From: an uncultured cyanobacterium
Lineage (GTDB): Bacteria; Cyanobacteriota; Cyanobacteriia; Cyanobacteriales; Cyanobacteriaceae
NCBI GenBank assembly: GCA_963710605.1
Contig: CAVQBA010000001.1
Span: 192,001 to 256,000 of the forward strand
Length of the DNA: 64,000 nucleotides
Direction of reading: 5' to 3'
Shown: piece after piece, positions 22,752 to 34,263 of the stretch
Position numbering within the stretch: position 1 is the stretch's first letter
Layout: each line of letters opens with the position of its first letter
Translations under genes and position numbers: made by a program
Notes under the pieces: model-generated
What the model was told of the DNA's origin: nothing
The model's input: only the letters and a program-made list of their open reading frames with translations
Database searches by the model: none

Positions 22752-24845
22752 ATGAAAAAAGACCTAAGTAAATATAGAAATATAGGCATTTTTGCTCACG
22801 TTGACGCGGGTAAAACTACTACAACAGAAAGAATTCTTAAATTAACTGGCGAAATTCACAAAATTGGTGAAGTACATGATGGTGCGGCAACTACCGACTT
22901 CATGGAACAAGAGCAAGAAAGAGGTATTACAATTCAATCTGCGGCTACCACTTGTTTTTGGAATGACCATCAATTCAATATTATTGATACTCCCGGACAC
23001 GTTGATTTTACGATCGAAGTATATCGTTCATTAAAAGTGCTTGACGGTGGTGTTGGTGTATTCTGTGGTTCTGGTGGGGTTGAGCCTCAATCTGAAACTA
23101 ACTGGCGTTATGCTAACGATTCTAAAGTTTCTCGTATTATCTATGTCAACAAATTAGATCGTACTGGTGCTGATTTTTACAACGTTGTTAAGCAAGTTGA
23201 TGAAATCTTAGCCGCTAAACCATTAGTGATGGTTTTACCAGTTGGGATTGAAAATGAATTTAAAGGTGTAGTTGATCTTCTTACCCGTAAAGCATGGATT
23301 TGGGATGATTCTGGAGATCCGATGAATTATACCATTGAAGATGTTCCTGAAGATATGAAGGAAGATGTCGAAATGTATCGTGAGCAGTTGATTGAGACTG
23401 CTGTGGAGCAAGACGATGACTTAATGGAAAAATATCTAGAAGGTGAAGAAGTAACGATCGAACAGATCAAAAAATGTATCCGTAAAGGAACATTAGAACT
23501 CGCTTTCTTCCCTACTTATTGTGGATCTTCATTTAAAAATAAAGGTGTACAACTAGTATTAGACGCTGTGGTAGATTATCTACCTGCTCCTGATGAAGTA
23601 CCTCCTCAACCTATTGTTGACTTAGAAGGTAACGAAACAGGAGAAGTAGCGAAAGTAGATCCAGAAGAGCCTTTACGTGCTTTGGCATTCAAGATTATGG
23701 ACGATCGTTATGGTGCTTTAACCTTTACTCGTATCTACTCAGGTACGATCGCTAAAGGTATGACCATCCTTAATACCGCTACAGGTAAAACCGAGCGTAT
23801 TGGTCGTTTAGTCGAAATGCAAGCCGATGACAGAAAAGAAATTGAATCAGCACAAGCAGGTGATATTATCGCTATCGTTGGGATGAAAAATGTCCAAACA
23901 GGTCATACTCTTTGTGATAAAGATCACCCCGGTACTTTAGAACCAATGGTATTCCCAGATCCAGTTATATCGATCGCTATTTCACCTACACAAAAAGGTG
24001 GTAACGAAAAAATGGGTCTTGCATTAAGCAAAATGGTACAAGAAGATCCTTCTTTCTATGTTGAAACCGACCAAGAAAGTGGCGAAACAATTATTAAAGG
24101 AATGGGTGAATTACACCTTGATATTAAAGTTGATATTCTTAAACGTACCCACGGAGTTGAAGTTGAAGTTGGAAGACCTCAAGTAGCTTACCGTGAATCA
24201 ATCACTAAAGTTTATCAAGATAGCTATGTCCACAAAAAGCAATCTGGTGGTGCTGGTCAATTTGCTCGTATTGATTATACGATCGAACCGGGCGAACCAG
24301 GTAGTGGTTATCAGTTTGAATCCAAAGTAACAGGTGGTAACGTTCCTCGTGAATATTGGCCTGCTGTAAATAAAGGATTTGAAACTAGTATCCAAAAAGG
24401 TATTCTTGCAGGTTTCCCTTGTGTTGACCTTAAAGTAACCTTAAAAGATGGTTCATTCCACCCTGTTGACTCTAGTGCAGTAGCATTTGAAACAGCGGCA
24501 AGAGCGGCTTATCGTCAGTCTTTACCTAAAGCAGGACCTCAATTACTTGAGCCTATCATGAATATTGATGTCTTTACTCCCGATGATTATATGGGTGATG
24601 TAATTGGTGATATTAACCGTCGTCGTGGCATGATTAAATCTCAAAGTACCAATCCTATGGGTGTCAGAATTAAAGCTGAAGCACCTTTAAGCGAAATGTT
24701 TGGTTATATTGGTGATTTACGTACTATGACTTCTGGACGTGGTCAATTCTCCATGGAATTCTCTCATTATTCAGCTTGTCCTCGTAATGTAGCTGAAGAT
24801 GTAATCAAAGAAGTGAAAGAGCGTGAATTAGCAATGGCTAAATAA
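22752..24845 (+). CDS. fusA: Elongation factor G (stand-alone paralogue, not in an str operon)
   Basis: [37 protein letters not shown]. Confidence 0.97.
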   Translation: MKKDLSKYRNIGIFAHVDAGKTTTTERILKLTGEIHKIGEVHDGAATTDFMEQEQERGITIQSAATTCFWNDHQFNIIDTPGHVDFTIEVYRSLKVLDGGVGVFCGSGGVEPQSETNWRYANDSKVSRIIYVNKLDRTGADFYNVVKQVDEILAAKPLVMVLPVGIENEFKGVVDLLTRKAWIWDDSGDPMNYTIEDVPEDMKEDVEMYREQLIETAVEQDDDLMEKYLEGEEVTIEQIKKCIRKGTLELAFFPTYCGSSFKNKGVQLVLDAVVDYLPAPDEVPPQPIVDLEGNETGEVAKVDPEEPLRALAFKIMDDRYGALTFTRIYSGTIAKGMTILNTATGKTERIGRLVEMQADDRKEIESAQAGDIIAIVGMKNVQTGHTLCDKDHPGTLEPMVFPDPVISIAISPTQKGGNEKMGLALSKMVQEDPSFYVETDQESGETIIKGMGELHLDIKVDILKRTHGVEVEVGRPQVAYRESITKVYQDSYVHKKQSGGAGQFARIDYTIEPGEPGSGYQFESKVTGGNVPREYWPAVNKGFETSIQKGILAGFPCVDLKVTLKDGSFHPVDSSAVAFETAARAAYRQSLPKAGPQLLEPIMNIDVFTPDDYMGDVIGDINRRRGMIKSQSTNPMGVRIKAEAPLSEMFGYIGDLRTMTSGRGQFSMEFSHYSACPRNVAEDVIKEVKERELAMAK

Positions 24846-24936
24846 CATTATTCATCGCTATAAATTAGTTCGTTTTTAATCTATTCATCAATCCCCTTCT
24901 TTTTGTAGCAGGGGTAAGAGTAGGTTAAAAAATAAC

Positions 24937-24980
24937 AAAAGGTTGGGTTAAACACTAGTGGTTTTTGCCCAGCCTTTTTT
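24937..24980. terminator. Bidirectional intrinsic terminator between fusA and tic22
   Basis: AAAAGGTTGGG...CCCAGCCTTTTTT hairpin with A- and T-tracts. Confidence 0.7.
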
Positions 24981-25026
24981 ATTGTTAATTGTCAATTATC
25001 AATTATCAATTGTCAATTTGTACAAT

Positions 25027-25779
25027 CTATTTTTGTTGTTCTTGTAATTGTTGTTGTTGTTGAATGATGCTATTTAGAACTTCGACTGAATCTTTAGCAG
25101 GAACAAATTCGATCGGTAAAACATCTTCATTACCTTCTTTTAGTCTGCCTAACATTACTTCTAAAGGAACAATGACTTGTATTTTAGCATCCGTAGCTAA
25201 ATCAGGTTGTTTTTTCTTCATCTCTGAAATCATTATCTCTCCTCTTTCTTTCTCAAAGAAAACAGGCATAAATTCTACTTCTTCGTTTTGTTCATTTTTA
25301 ATTGTTAGATATAAAGGTTTATCTTCTGAAAAAATAGCGAATAAAGGAACACCATTATATTCAGGATTGAGTTTTTTCGCCTCTTCAATTTGTTTGTTTT
25401 GCCCGATGAATTGAAAAGTGATTTGAGGATTTTCTTTAAATGCTTCGTTGTAAATATTTAATAAATTAGTTGGTTGTATGCTTTTATCTTGTAAAGCATT
25501 AGGATTACTTTTACCTAAATCCTGAACAAAAGATTGAGCTTCTTCCCTAGCCATAAAAATAGGTGTAATTAGTTTTCCTGTTTTTTCGTCTTTACCAACT
25601 AGAGGTACACCTTCTTGATTAGAAATAGTGAAAACAAATATCTGACCAAGTTTTTGATTGATTGCTTCTTGAGGAAGAGCTAATACTTTAGTACTCTGTG
25701 TGTACCAACAACCCAAAACGGTTGTACCGACTAAAGCTAAACTTTGTATTTTACTTAATAAAGATTTTTTTCTTAACAT
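25027..25779 (-). CDS. tic22: Tic22-family periplasmic chaperone
   Basis: Signal peptide, ALP...QKL..I.VFTI...G.PL, GVPLF, PVFF. Confidence 0.85.
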   Translation of the reverse strand: MLRKKSLLSKIQSLALVGTTVLGCWYTQSTKVLALPQEAINQKLGQIFVFTISNQEGVPLVGKDEKTGKLITPIFMAREEAQSFVQDLGKSNPNALQDKSIQPTNLLNIYNEAFKENPQITFQFIGQNKQIEEAKKLNPEYNGVPLFAIFSEDKPLYLTIKNEQNEEVEFMPVFFEKERGEIMISEMKKKQPDLATDAKIQVIVPLEVMLGRLKEGNEDVLPIEFVPAKDSVEVLNSIIQQQQQLQEQQK

Positions 25780-26193
25780 AATAGTTTTGCGAATGTATGT
25801 GATTGAAGATGACGATTAAATACACTAATAGTTTCGGTTCTATCTTAGTGTAATAATAAAGATATTTACAATACGTGTGCTAAGGTTGTGATTATACAAT
25901 TGAATTTTTGTCGCTACAAAACAAAAGTTAGACAATAGATGCTTCAGCTAAAATATTCGACATATTTTTTAGCTACTTAATTATCAGACATACTAACATC
26001 TTATTAAAAATTTGGTGAGCTGAAGACTCGATGCTTAACGTAAGTTATTAGAAATAATCTCTTCAATGCCACATTTTGATTAAAGTAATAATTATCTCAC
26101 CAATGTAATTAAAATGGTATAATATTTATGCTTACCTATGGTATCAATTTTTAATCAACAAACCAAAATGTGATAGTTAAATAAGTGAGTATT

Positions 26194-26280
26194 GGAGAGG
26201 TGGCAGAGTGGTTGAATGCGGCAGTCTCGAAAACTGTTTGGGCTTTATAGCTCACGGGGGTTCGAATCCCCCCCTCTCCG
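26194..26280 (+). tRNA. trnS: tRNA-Ser(CGA)
   Basis: GGAGAGG/CCTCTCC acceptor stem, anticodon arm GCAGT-CTCGAAA-ACTGT, long variable arm, GGTTCGAATCC. Confidence 0.96.
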
Positions 26281-26673
26281 TAACAAAAGTAATGAGTAAG
26301 AAGCCTTAATAGTTAAGAGTTAAGAGTTAAAAGTTAAAAAACATTGTCAATTGTCAATTATTTCGTTGTTAATTCTTTCCCTCCGCCATCGATCGTTTTT
26401 AACTAATTATAAAATTATTGATATTGATATTGATATTTATTTATTTTGTAATTTTCCGATGACAACTCTAACATTAATAATTATGTTAACGATTAAATAA
26501 TATATATGTCTAAAAAATATAGTTATATATAATCAAAAAAATAATTATTTACTGTATCTAAATTAATAAAATTTACTAACAAGTAAACTATCAAAAAATA
26601 GTTGAAGATGCCGATCTAAATAATGATAAAATATATCTGTGTTATTAGATAAAGTGAACATCAGAGTTATTAT

Positions 26674-28429
26674 TTGTCGATGATTGAAAAATTAAGAGCT
26701 ATATTTAATCAAGCTATAGTTGAAGCATTTGGAGAAGATTTACCTGATTGTTCTCCTTTAGTTGTACCTTCAACTAATCCTAAATTTGGTGACTATCAAT
26801 GTAATGTCGCTTTGTCTTTGGCTAAAGTTTTAAAAGAAAAACCAAGAACGATCGCTACAAAAATTGTCGAAACAGTTAAATTAGATGATTGGATAGAACC
26901 ATTATCGATTGCACGACCGGGTTTTATTAATATTAGTATAAAACCAGAATATATAGCTCAACAAATTCAATTTGCCCAACAAAATGAACGTTTAGCAGTC
27001 ACTAAAACTGATTATCCTGAAAAAATAGTAGTTGATTTTTCAAGCCCTAATATCGCCAAACAGATGCACGTAGGACATCTACGATCGACTATCATTGGAG
27101 ATACGATCGCTAGAATATTAGAATTTAGAGGGCATCAAGTTTTAAGACTCAATCATGTTGGTGATTGGGGTACGCAATTTGGTATGCTGATCAGTTATTT
27201 GCGTACTGAGAAACCAGAAGTTTTAACTACTGCTAATGCGGTCGATATTGGCGATCTTGTTACTCTTTATAAACAAGCTAAAGCTAAATTCGATCGAGAG
27301 CCAGAATTTCAACAACAAGCCCGAACTGAAGTAGTAAAACTACAAAGTAAAGATTCTGAAAGTATCAAAGCATGGCAACTACTTTGCGAACAATCTCGTC
27401 ATGAATTTGAAATTATTTATGATTTATTAGATATAGAATTAACTGAAAGAGGAGAATCTTTTTATAATCCTTTTTTACCTGATATAATTGATACTTTAAA
27501 AGCAGAAAATATACTTGAAGAAAATCAAGGTGCTCAGTGTGTTTTTGTCGATGGTTTTATTAATAAAGAAGGTGAACCTTTACCTTTAATTGTGCAAAAA
27601 AGTGATGGCGGTTATAACTATGCTACGACAGATTTAGCGGCAATCAAATATCGTGTTAATCAAGACCAAGCTACCCGTATTATTTATGTAACAGATGCAG
27701 GACAAGCTAATCATTTTACGCAAGTTTTTGAAGTAGCAAAGAAAGCAAATTTAGCACCTAGAAAATATTGATTTAGTTCATGTACCTTTTGGTTTAGTTT
27801 TATCAAAAGACGGGACAAAAATTAGTACTAGAGAAGGGGAAACAATTCGCCTTCAAGACTTGTTAGATGAAGCAGTAATTAGAGCAAAACAAGACTTAGA
27901 AAGTCGGTTAGAGAAAGACGAAAGAAGCGAAACACCTGAATTTATTAATCATGTTAGTCAAGTGGTTGGTTTAAGTGCAGTTAAATATGCTGATTTAAGT
28001 CAAAACCGTACTACTGATTATCGCTTTAGTTATGATAAGATGCTGAATTTTCAAGGGAATACAGCACCGTATCTTTTGTATGCTTATGTCAGAGTTCAAG
28101 GTGTTAGTCGTAAAGGAGAGATAGATTTAGATAATTTGAATAGTAGTGAGACTATTATTTTAAATGAAGAAAGTGAATTAGTTTTAGCTAAACATCTTTT
28201 GCAACTAGATTATATTATTAAACAAGTAGAACAAGATTTATTACCTAATCGTCTTTGTTTGTATTTATTTGAACTTAGCCAAAAGTTTAATCAATTTTAC
28301 GATCGATGTCCTATTTTGGATGCGGAGGAAAAAGTAAAAATATCTCGTTTAATTCTAGCTGATTTGACAGCAAAAACAATTAAATTAGGTTTATCTTTAT
28401 TAGGTATTTCGGTGCTACAAAAAATGTAA
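26674..28429 (+). CDS. argS: Arginine--tRNA ligase, split by a frameshift near 27760
   Basis: [43 protein letters not shown]. Confidence 0.96.
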
Positions 28430-28563
28430 GTAACCAAAAAACAATTAAGTGGTCAGCCATTGTAAATTAAATTAAATAAGAACTTTTGTAAAAGCTAATT
28501 ATTACTAAATTTTTTTTATTTGAGCAAGATTACAATTGCTGTGGTTAAAAAAACATTAATTAT

Positions 28564-28711
28564 CGTCTTGGTGGACATTCCCTTGCGGAAAAGTGTGGTC
28601 TTGGACGGGGCGTACAAGCACCTGAAATGAATTCAGGTGTCAGCCCCTCGGTTCTCCCCCATGAACAACTTTTTCAAGAAGCGACTTGCGGTCGTCGCGG
28701 GCTTCCACCGC
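28564..28711. repeat. Composite nested GC-rich small repeat element
   Basis: Nested stems GGTGGA/TCCACC, GAAAAG/CTTTTTC, GGGGC/GCCCC and CACCTGAA/TTCAGGTG; ends related to 30822 and 60203. Confidence 0.75.
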
Positions 28712-28738
28712 AATTATCAATTATTAATTATCAAATGT

Positions 28739-29701
28739 ATGCGTGTTTTTATTACAGGTGCAAGTGGTTGCGTTGGGCATTATATAACTGATTTATTAAT
28801 CAAAAATACAGATTATGAATTATTTTTATTAGTCCGAAATCGTCAAAAACTAAAACTAAAAAATTACGATCGTTCTAATGTTCAGATTATAGAAGGAGAT
28901 TTGAGCAATGTTTTAGCTCATCAAGAATTACTCAAAACAATAAATGCAGTAATTTTGATTGCTACTTGTTGGGGAGGAGAAAAAGAATCTTATCAAATAA
29001 ACGTCGAAGCAAATATTAATATCATTAATAGTCTTAATCCTGATATTTGTGAACGAATTATCTATTTCTCGACAGCAAGTATTTTAGGTAGAGATAATCA
29101 GCTTTTACACGAAGCAGGTGAATTTGGGACAGATTATATCAAAACTAAATATCAGTGCTTTACCCAATTACAAAAATTAGATTTATATCCGAAAATTATT
29201 ACTGTTTATCCAACTTTAGTTTTTGGTGGAGAAGAAGATAAACCATATTCTCATCTCTCAGCAGGATTACAAGACTTACCTCAATGGATGAATATTATTC
29301 GTTGGTTTAAAGCTGATGGTAGTTTTCATTTCGTTCATGCTTATGACATTGCTCAAATTGTGGTTTATTTACTACAAAATAATCAAGATGTCGTGCGAAT
29401 TTATAATAGTAAATTAGTCTTAGGTAATGAGCCTTTAACCGTCAATCAAGCAATTAAAGAGATTGGTGATTATTTAGATAAAAAAATATATTTCCAAATC
29501 AATCTACCAATTTGGTTGGCGAATATTTTTATTAAGGTTTTTAATATTCAAATGGCTAAATGGGATTATTTTTGTTTGAATTATCGTCATTTTACCTATC
29601 CTAAATTTGTTAATCCGCAAACTTTCAGTTTATCGACTCATGTTCCTAATATTGATAGATTAATGAAAGCGACTCAAGTATTAAATCAAAATGATAACTA
29701 G
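28739..29701 (+). CDS. NAD-dependent epimerase/dehydratase
   Basis: MRVFITGASGCVG Rossmann motif, YxxxK (YIKTK). Confidence 0.88.
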   Translation: MRVFITGASGCVGHYITDLLIKNTDYELFLLVRNRQKLKLKNYDRSNVQIIEGDLSNVLAHQELLKTINAVILIATCWGGEKESYQINVEANINIINSLNPDICERIIYFSTASILGRDNQLLHEAGEFGTDYIKTKYQCFTQLQKLDLYPKIITVYPTLVFGGEEDKPYSHLSAGLQDLPQWMNIIRWFKADGSFHFVHAYDIAQIVVYLLQNNQDVVRIYNSKLVLGNEPLTVNQAIKEIGDYLDKKIYFQINLPIWLANIFIKVFNIQMAKWDYFCLNYRHFTYPKFVNPQTFSLSTHVPNIDRLMKATQVLNQNDN

Positions 29702-30381
29702 AGAAAAAGGTATTCGAGAATGGCTGGCTATTAAGTTTTGTAATTAGTATTATATTATATTTTTTAGTGTAAATATAAGTTAAAGCGATCGTTATCACCT
29801 GTCAATATCGATCAAGATAACAATAATTTAAATACATTTAGTATTTGATTCTTATCGTTATGTCAAAGATGGCTTTGTTATAATTAAAAAAATAATTTGA
29901 GATTTTATGAAAAATAAAATGCTTCACATAGCTCAAGTAAGTGATAAAATTAACGATCGTTGTAATTACTATTCCCGATTAGTAGTAGTCGGATTGTTAT
30001 CTGCTTAACTTTTTTCAAGAAACTAATCATAAGACTTGTTAATCACAAATGGTAAGATAAAGTTGTCAAAAAGAGAGCTTATTCTTAGCTTAATTTGCTA
30101 TATAATCAGAAAACTGATAAGTAAGTAGAGTTAATAATTTTAATTATTTTCCAGCTTTGTGAATCTTTGAGTGTTAAATTTAAGTATTATACCTATATAA
30201 TTAATATTTACTATTTGTAAATGTGGATAAATTTTTACATTACAATTAAGTAAAATATCTAATTACTTATATATAGCCAAATCAGGTAATATAGTTAGAG
30301 TAGATACGGTCAGACTGCTTTGAAAACTGCGGTGGACATAATATAAACCAATTATAATCTTTAACATTAGATAAAATATCG

Positions 30382-30771
30382 GTGATTACCTTAACTCTTT
30401 TGCACCCTTTAAAATCGATTCCAGTTCAAAAATGGAATTTTAAACCTAATACTGTGATTAGAGTCGGAAGAGCAAATAATAATAATGTAGTGCTTTATAG
30501 TGCAGTCGTATCTCGTCACCATGTTGAAATTAGACCGAGAGGAAATGACTGGGCTTTAATTAGTTTAGGATCTAATGGTACGTTTGTTAGTGGTCGAAAA
30601 ATTAATAAAGTTTTAGTCAAACACGGAATGGTAATTCGTCTGGCTAGCTCAGGTCCTAAAATTAGGATTACATTAGAAGAGAGTAATCTGTCACTTGAGA
30701 CACAAAATGAACAAAAACAAGCCAGAATAGCTAGAAGTAGAAATATATCGAAAGAGACTGTGATGAATTAA
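30382..30771 (+). CDS. FHA-domain protein
   Basis: VGRA..N.VVL..VVSRHH...SNGT. Confidence 0.9.
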   Translation: MITLTLLHPLKSIPVQKWNFKPNTVIRVGRANNNNVVLYSAVVSRHHVEIRPRGNDWALISLGSNGTFVSGRKINKVLVKHGMVIRLASSGPKIRITLEESNLSLETQNEQKQARIARSRNISKETVMN

Positions 30772-30821
30772 AGCAAGGGCAAATCAGTGAACAGTGAACA
30801 ATGAACAATGAACAGTTAAAA

Positions 30822-30857
30822 GCCTCTTGGTCAGCCTTCTTTGGGGGTTCTGACCGC
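30822..30857. repeat. Simple (un-nested) copy of the small structured repeat
   Basis: GCCTCTTGGTCAG...CTGACCGC, inserted between heptamer runs. Confidence 0.7.
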
Positions 30858-30923
30858 TATAAGCTAAAGGCTAACAGCTAAAACCTAAAACCTAAAACCT
30901 AAAACCTAAAACCTAAAACCTGA

Positions 30924-31766
30924 CTATTTTTGATTAAGTGTTTTAAAGGCTTGATGAGTCAGTTGAGTGATACTTTCTAAGAATTTATCTTCTGGTTCGA
31001 GGTTTTGATTTTGATTTTTGCTTTGGTTTAACCACAATAGATATTCTATATTACCAGCCGGACCTGTGATTGGTGAATAAGTTAAGTTTTGATATTGCCA
31101 TCCTAATTCGAGAGCATCTTGTAGTACTTCATAAATAGCTTGAGCTTGTAAATCGGGATTTCTCACAACACCTTTTTTACCTACTTTATCTTTACCCACT
31201 TCAAATTGCGGTTTTACTAATAAGATAATGTCTTTGGGCGTAGTTAGTAATTCCCATAATTTAGGCAATACTTTTTTTAAGGAAATAAAAGACAAATCCA
31301 TCACACCTAAATCAGCTTGTGTATTGTTTTGATATAGTTTTTCAGGAGTTAAATGGCGAAAATTAGTTCTTTCTAGGAGAGTAACACGATCGTCTATTCT
31401 TAATTCCCATGCTACTTGCCCATACCCGACATCAACGCCATAAACTTGTTTTGCTCCTTTTTGTAATAAGCAATCAGTAAATCCTCCTGTAGAAATACCG
31501 CCATCAAGACAAATACGGTTTTTAACATCAATCTCAAATTCATCTAATGCTTTAACTAGTTTTTCTCCTCCTCTAGAAACAAAAGGAGGTTTAGCTTGTA
31601 CTTGAATCTCACTAGTTACATCAATTAAAGTACCGGGTTTATCAACAATTCTTTCTTTAACTTTAACCTTACCTGCTCTAATTAATTTTTGGGCAAGCGA
31701 TCGACTAGTACATAAATCTTGTTGAGTTAATAAAACATCTAATCTTTCCTTGGGCAAAAGTAACAC
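30924..31766 (-). CDS. tlyA: TlyA-family rRNA methyltransferase
   Basis: KERLD, FVSRGGEKL, STGGFTDCLL, LVKPQFE, GNIEYL. Confidence 0.95.
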   Translation of the reverse strand: MLLLPKERLDVLLTQQDLCTSRSLAQKLIRAGKVKVKERIVDKPGTLIDVTSEIQVQAKPPFVSRGGEKLVKALDEFEIDVKNRICLDGGISTGGFTDCLLQKGAKQVYGVDVGYGQVAWELRIDDRVTLLERTNFRHLTPEKLYQNNTQADLGVMDLSFISLKKVLPKLWELLTTPKDIILLVKPQFEVGKDKVGKKGVVRNPDLQAQAIYEVLQDALELGWQYQNLTYSPITGPAGNIEYLLWLNQSKNQNQNLEPEDKFLESITQLTHQAFKTLNQK

Positions 31767-31806
31767 CTCAAAAATCTAGTCATTACTAATTTACCCAAAG
31801 ATACGA

Positions 31807-32289
31807 TTAAACAGCAACCTTAACTGCTTCAGCTAGAGATTGCCAACGGAAATATCTTTCTCCACCTAATTCTAAGACTATTTTAATTTTGGGTTGTTCT
31901 TTAGCTAGATCAATCAAATATTGTTTTTCTTGGTTAGAAAGTACATAACCTTCAAGAATCCAAAGTACCAAACCTTTATAATTTTCAGGTAAACTTTCAA
32001 CTTGATAACCTGCAATCGGAGGTACAAAATAAACTGGCCCTACCGCACCTTCTTGGGCAATATTTTTTTTACCTAAATGAGGAGGGCGTACACCATGCAC
32101 GTTCATCAAGTAAGCACTCAAATCACCTAATCCTCTAGCTGAGATACTCAAAGTTTTATAACCTGTGTTTCTTAATCTGCGGATATAACGTCCTTCAAAA
32201 CCACCTTCTAAAGGAGCATAAATTGCTAATGAGCCTGATTGCTCTAAATCACGAATGAATTTTTTTCCTGTAATCAATAAAAAAGGCAT
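31807..32289 (-). CDS. ndhN: NAD(P)H-quinone oxidoreductase subunit N
   Basis: APLEGGFEGRY, ARGLGDL, HGVRPPHLGK. Confidence 0.95.
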   Translation of the reverse strand: MPFLLITGKKFIRDLEQSGSLAIYAPLEGGFEGRYIRRLRNTGYKTLSISARGLGDLSAYLMNVHGVRPPHLGKKNIAQEGAVGPVYFVPPIAGYQVESLPENYKGLVLWILEGYVLSNQEKQYLIDLAKEQPKIKIVLELGGERYFRWQSLAEAVKVAV

Positions 32290-32765
32290 AATATAATAAT
32301 TGAGAGAGTGTGATAATTGAGAATTGAGATAGTGCGAGAATTACCAGAAGACAACTCTGCTGCTACTGCTACTGCTTGCTGGTGAGAAGAACGCACCTAG
32401 ATAAAAGATTTTTTAAGCCTGTGTGACACTTAAAGCTTGATAGAGCTTATAGCAATCACGCTTGTAGCTATAAAAGAATCAAATACTTTTAACATTAAAC
32501 GTAATTTATTTACGATTAATTAATTTTATTTTACTCCGCATTCGCTTTTTAACAATAATTTTCTACTTGAGAATGAGCAAAAAATTGTTAATGATAGTCG
32601 ATCGACGATCGAGATTAAGATTTGATATTAACTAAAAAATAAGTTTGTCACAAATGATTTGATTTGTGTTAAGTTTAGAGTGATATAATTTTTGTTAAAT
32701 TAAATGTGCCGCTGTACGATCGTTATTAATCATTATTTTTTGACGTGTGGAGAAGGAGAACAATA

Positions 32766-33608
32766 GTGAACGAGTTAAGATCTGCATTAGAGTTAGCTAC
32801 CCCTGAAGAATTGCAACAAGTTACCGAAATTCTTTTTTGTCGTCGTTTAAATCCCTTAGATTATTATTACACCCCAACTCCCTTAGATGTTCAAAGTCAA
32901 GATTTATCAACTTGGTTAGATACGATCGAAAACAGATTTCGTTTTTTAGGTGCAAATGGTATGACAGTTCTACGTCGTCAAACCCACGAAGTAAGGTATA
33001 AAGATATTTTAATTCAAGTGTGTCGCTATCTTAAAATTCCTTACAAACAAAAGATGAAGACAGTTGAGTTGGAAACAGAAGTATTTTTACATCTATTACA
33101 AAAAGCATGGCTACAACTACCCAAACAAGAACAAAAATCTTTAAAAAATAAAGTAGTCAAATCTTTAGCAAGTAGTCCGACACCTCACCCTTTACCAGTT
33201 AGTTTACAACATGACCCTTTACAAATCATTTTACGTGGTAGTGGTTTGTTGGCAATTAATTCGATGGTTAAACCTTGGTTATTACAAAAAATTGCTCAAC
33301 AATTTGCACTTCATTTTGCTACCTATCAAACAGCTAAGGCAAGTTTAATTAAAGGCGGAATAGCTACTGCAACTCAAATACAAAAGCGTTTTGCTCTGCA
33401 AATGGCAAAAAAGGGTATGGTTGCCAATACCGCTCGTTACACAGCAGTTAGAGGTGTATTTACTTTTTTAGGACCAGTTTTATGGGCTAGTTTTTGTGCC
33501 GATTTAGGTTGGAGAGCTATTTCTACTAACTATACTAGAATTATACCTGTTATTTTTACCCTAGCTCAAATTCGTTTGACTCGTGGTTATAATTATCAAT
33601 TAGTCTAA
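32766..33608 (+). CDS. YaaW/UPF0174-like conserved cyanobacterial protein
   Basis: ELRSALELAT.EEL, ADLGWRAI.TNY.RIIP. Confidence 0.8.
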   Translation: MNELRSALELATPEELQQVTEILFCRRLNPLDYYYTPTPLDVQSQDLSTWLDTIENRFRFLGANGMTVLRRQTHEVRYKDILIQVCRYLKIPYKQKMKTVELETEVFLHLLQKAWLQLPKQEQKSLKNKVVKSLASSPTPHPLPVSLQHDPLQIILRGSGLLAINSMVKPWLLQKIAQQFALHFATYQTAKASLIKGGIATATQIQKRFALQMAKKGMVANTARYTAVRGVFTFLGPVLWASFCADLGWRAISTNYTRIIPVIFTLAQIRLTRGYNYQLV

Positions 33609-33680
33609 AAAATAATCGTGTTAATATAGTTGAGCAAAATAATAAACTGTTGATGATAATTACATCAAAGAAATGATTTA

Positions 33681-33881
33681 ATGTTACCAGAGTATATCTA
33701 TGTGACGATCGGTATCTTGTTGTTTATTAGTGTGGTTGCTAGTAAATTATCGGGTAAATTTGGCATTCCGGGGTTACTGATATTTCTTTTCATTGGTATG
33801 TTAGCAGGTTCAGAAGGAATTGGCGGTATTTATTTTGATGATTACTCCTTCGCTCAATCAATTGGGGATGTTGCTTTAATA
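33681..33881 (+). pseudogene. cvrA: 5' remnant of a K+/H+ antiporter (CPA1, CvrA/NhaP2-like)
   Basis: KFGIPGLLIFLFIGMLAGSEGIGGIYFDDY...GDVALI, after which similarity is lost (expected ILF.GG absent). Confidence 0.85.
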
Positions 33882-33932
33882 TCATACAAAAAATCGGCTA
33901 AGTTAGGAAGTTATTTTTGCGTGACTCCTAAG

Positions 33933-34092
33933 TATAGTCGTTTTAATTAAAATTGAGACAGTCTTAATAACAGTAAAAATGTGAGCTTCAACCCCGCCTT
34001 GAAATAAATTGCAAGGCTAATAGAATCCGTTTAATAAATTAAACTCAAATTTTAGCCTCAAAATTGTCTCACTGTTATTTGAAATGACTATA
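33933..34092. mobile_element. ~160-bp MITE-like element (copy 2)
   Basis: TATAGTCG...TTGAGACA / TGTCTCA...GACTATA TIRs; shares CCCGCC..AAGGCTAATA..CCGTTTAATAAATTAAACTCAAA with 8658-8818. Confidence 0.78.
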
Positions 34093-34137
34093 TGTCAACA
34101 AAGGGCAAAGGTAAATTTAATTATTCTTGATCAAAGA

Positions 34138-34198
34138 CGATCGATTGAGCATATGAAGCTGTACGATCGATCGAGCATATGAAGCTGTACGATCGATT
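34138..34198. repeat. 26-bp tandem duplication bounded by CGATCG sites
   Basis: CGATCGAT(T/C)GAGCATATGAAGCTGTA twice, then CGATCG. Confidence 0.85.
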
Positions 34199-34263
34199 AT
34201 TAAACAAAAACAGTAATTAATTTTGTCTTAGAATTATGAATGTAGTCGGCTATAATTAGACTC

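Noticed and set aside
26194-26280. tRNA-Ser as an integration site
   Set aside because: No integrase and no duplicated tRNA 3' end seen in the window
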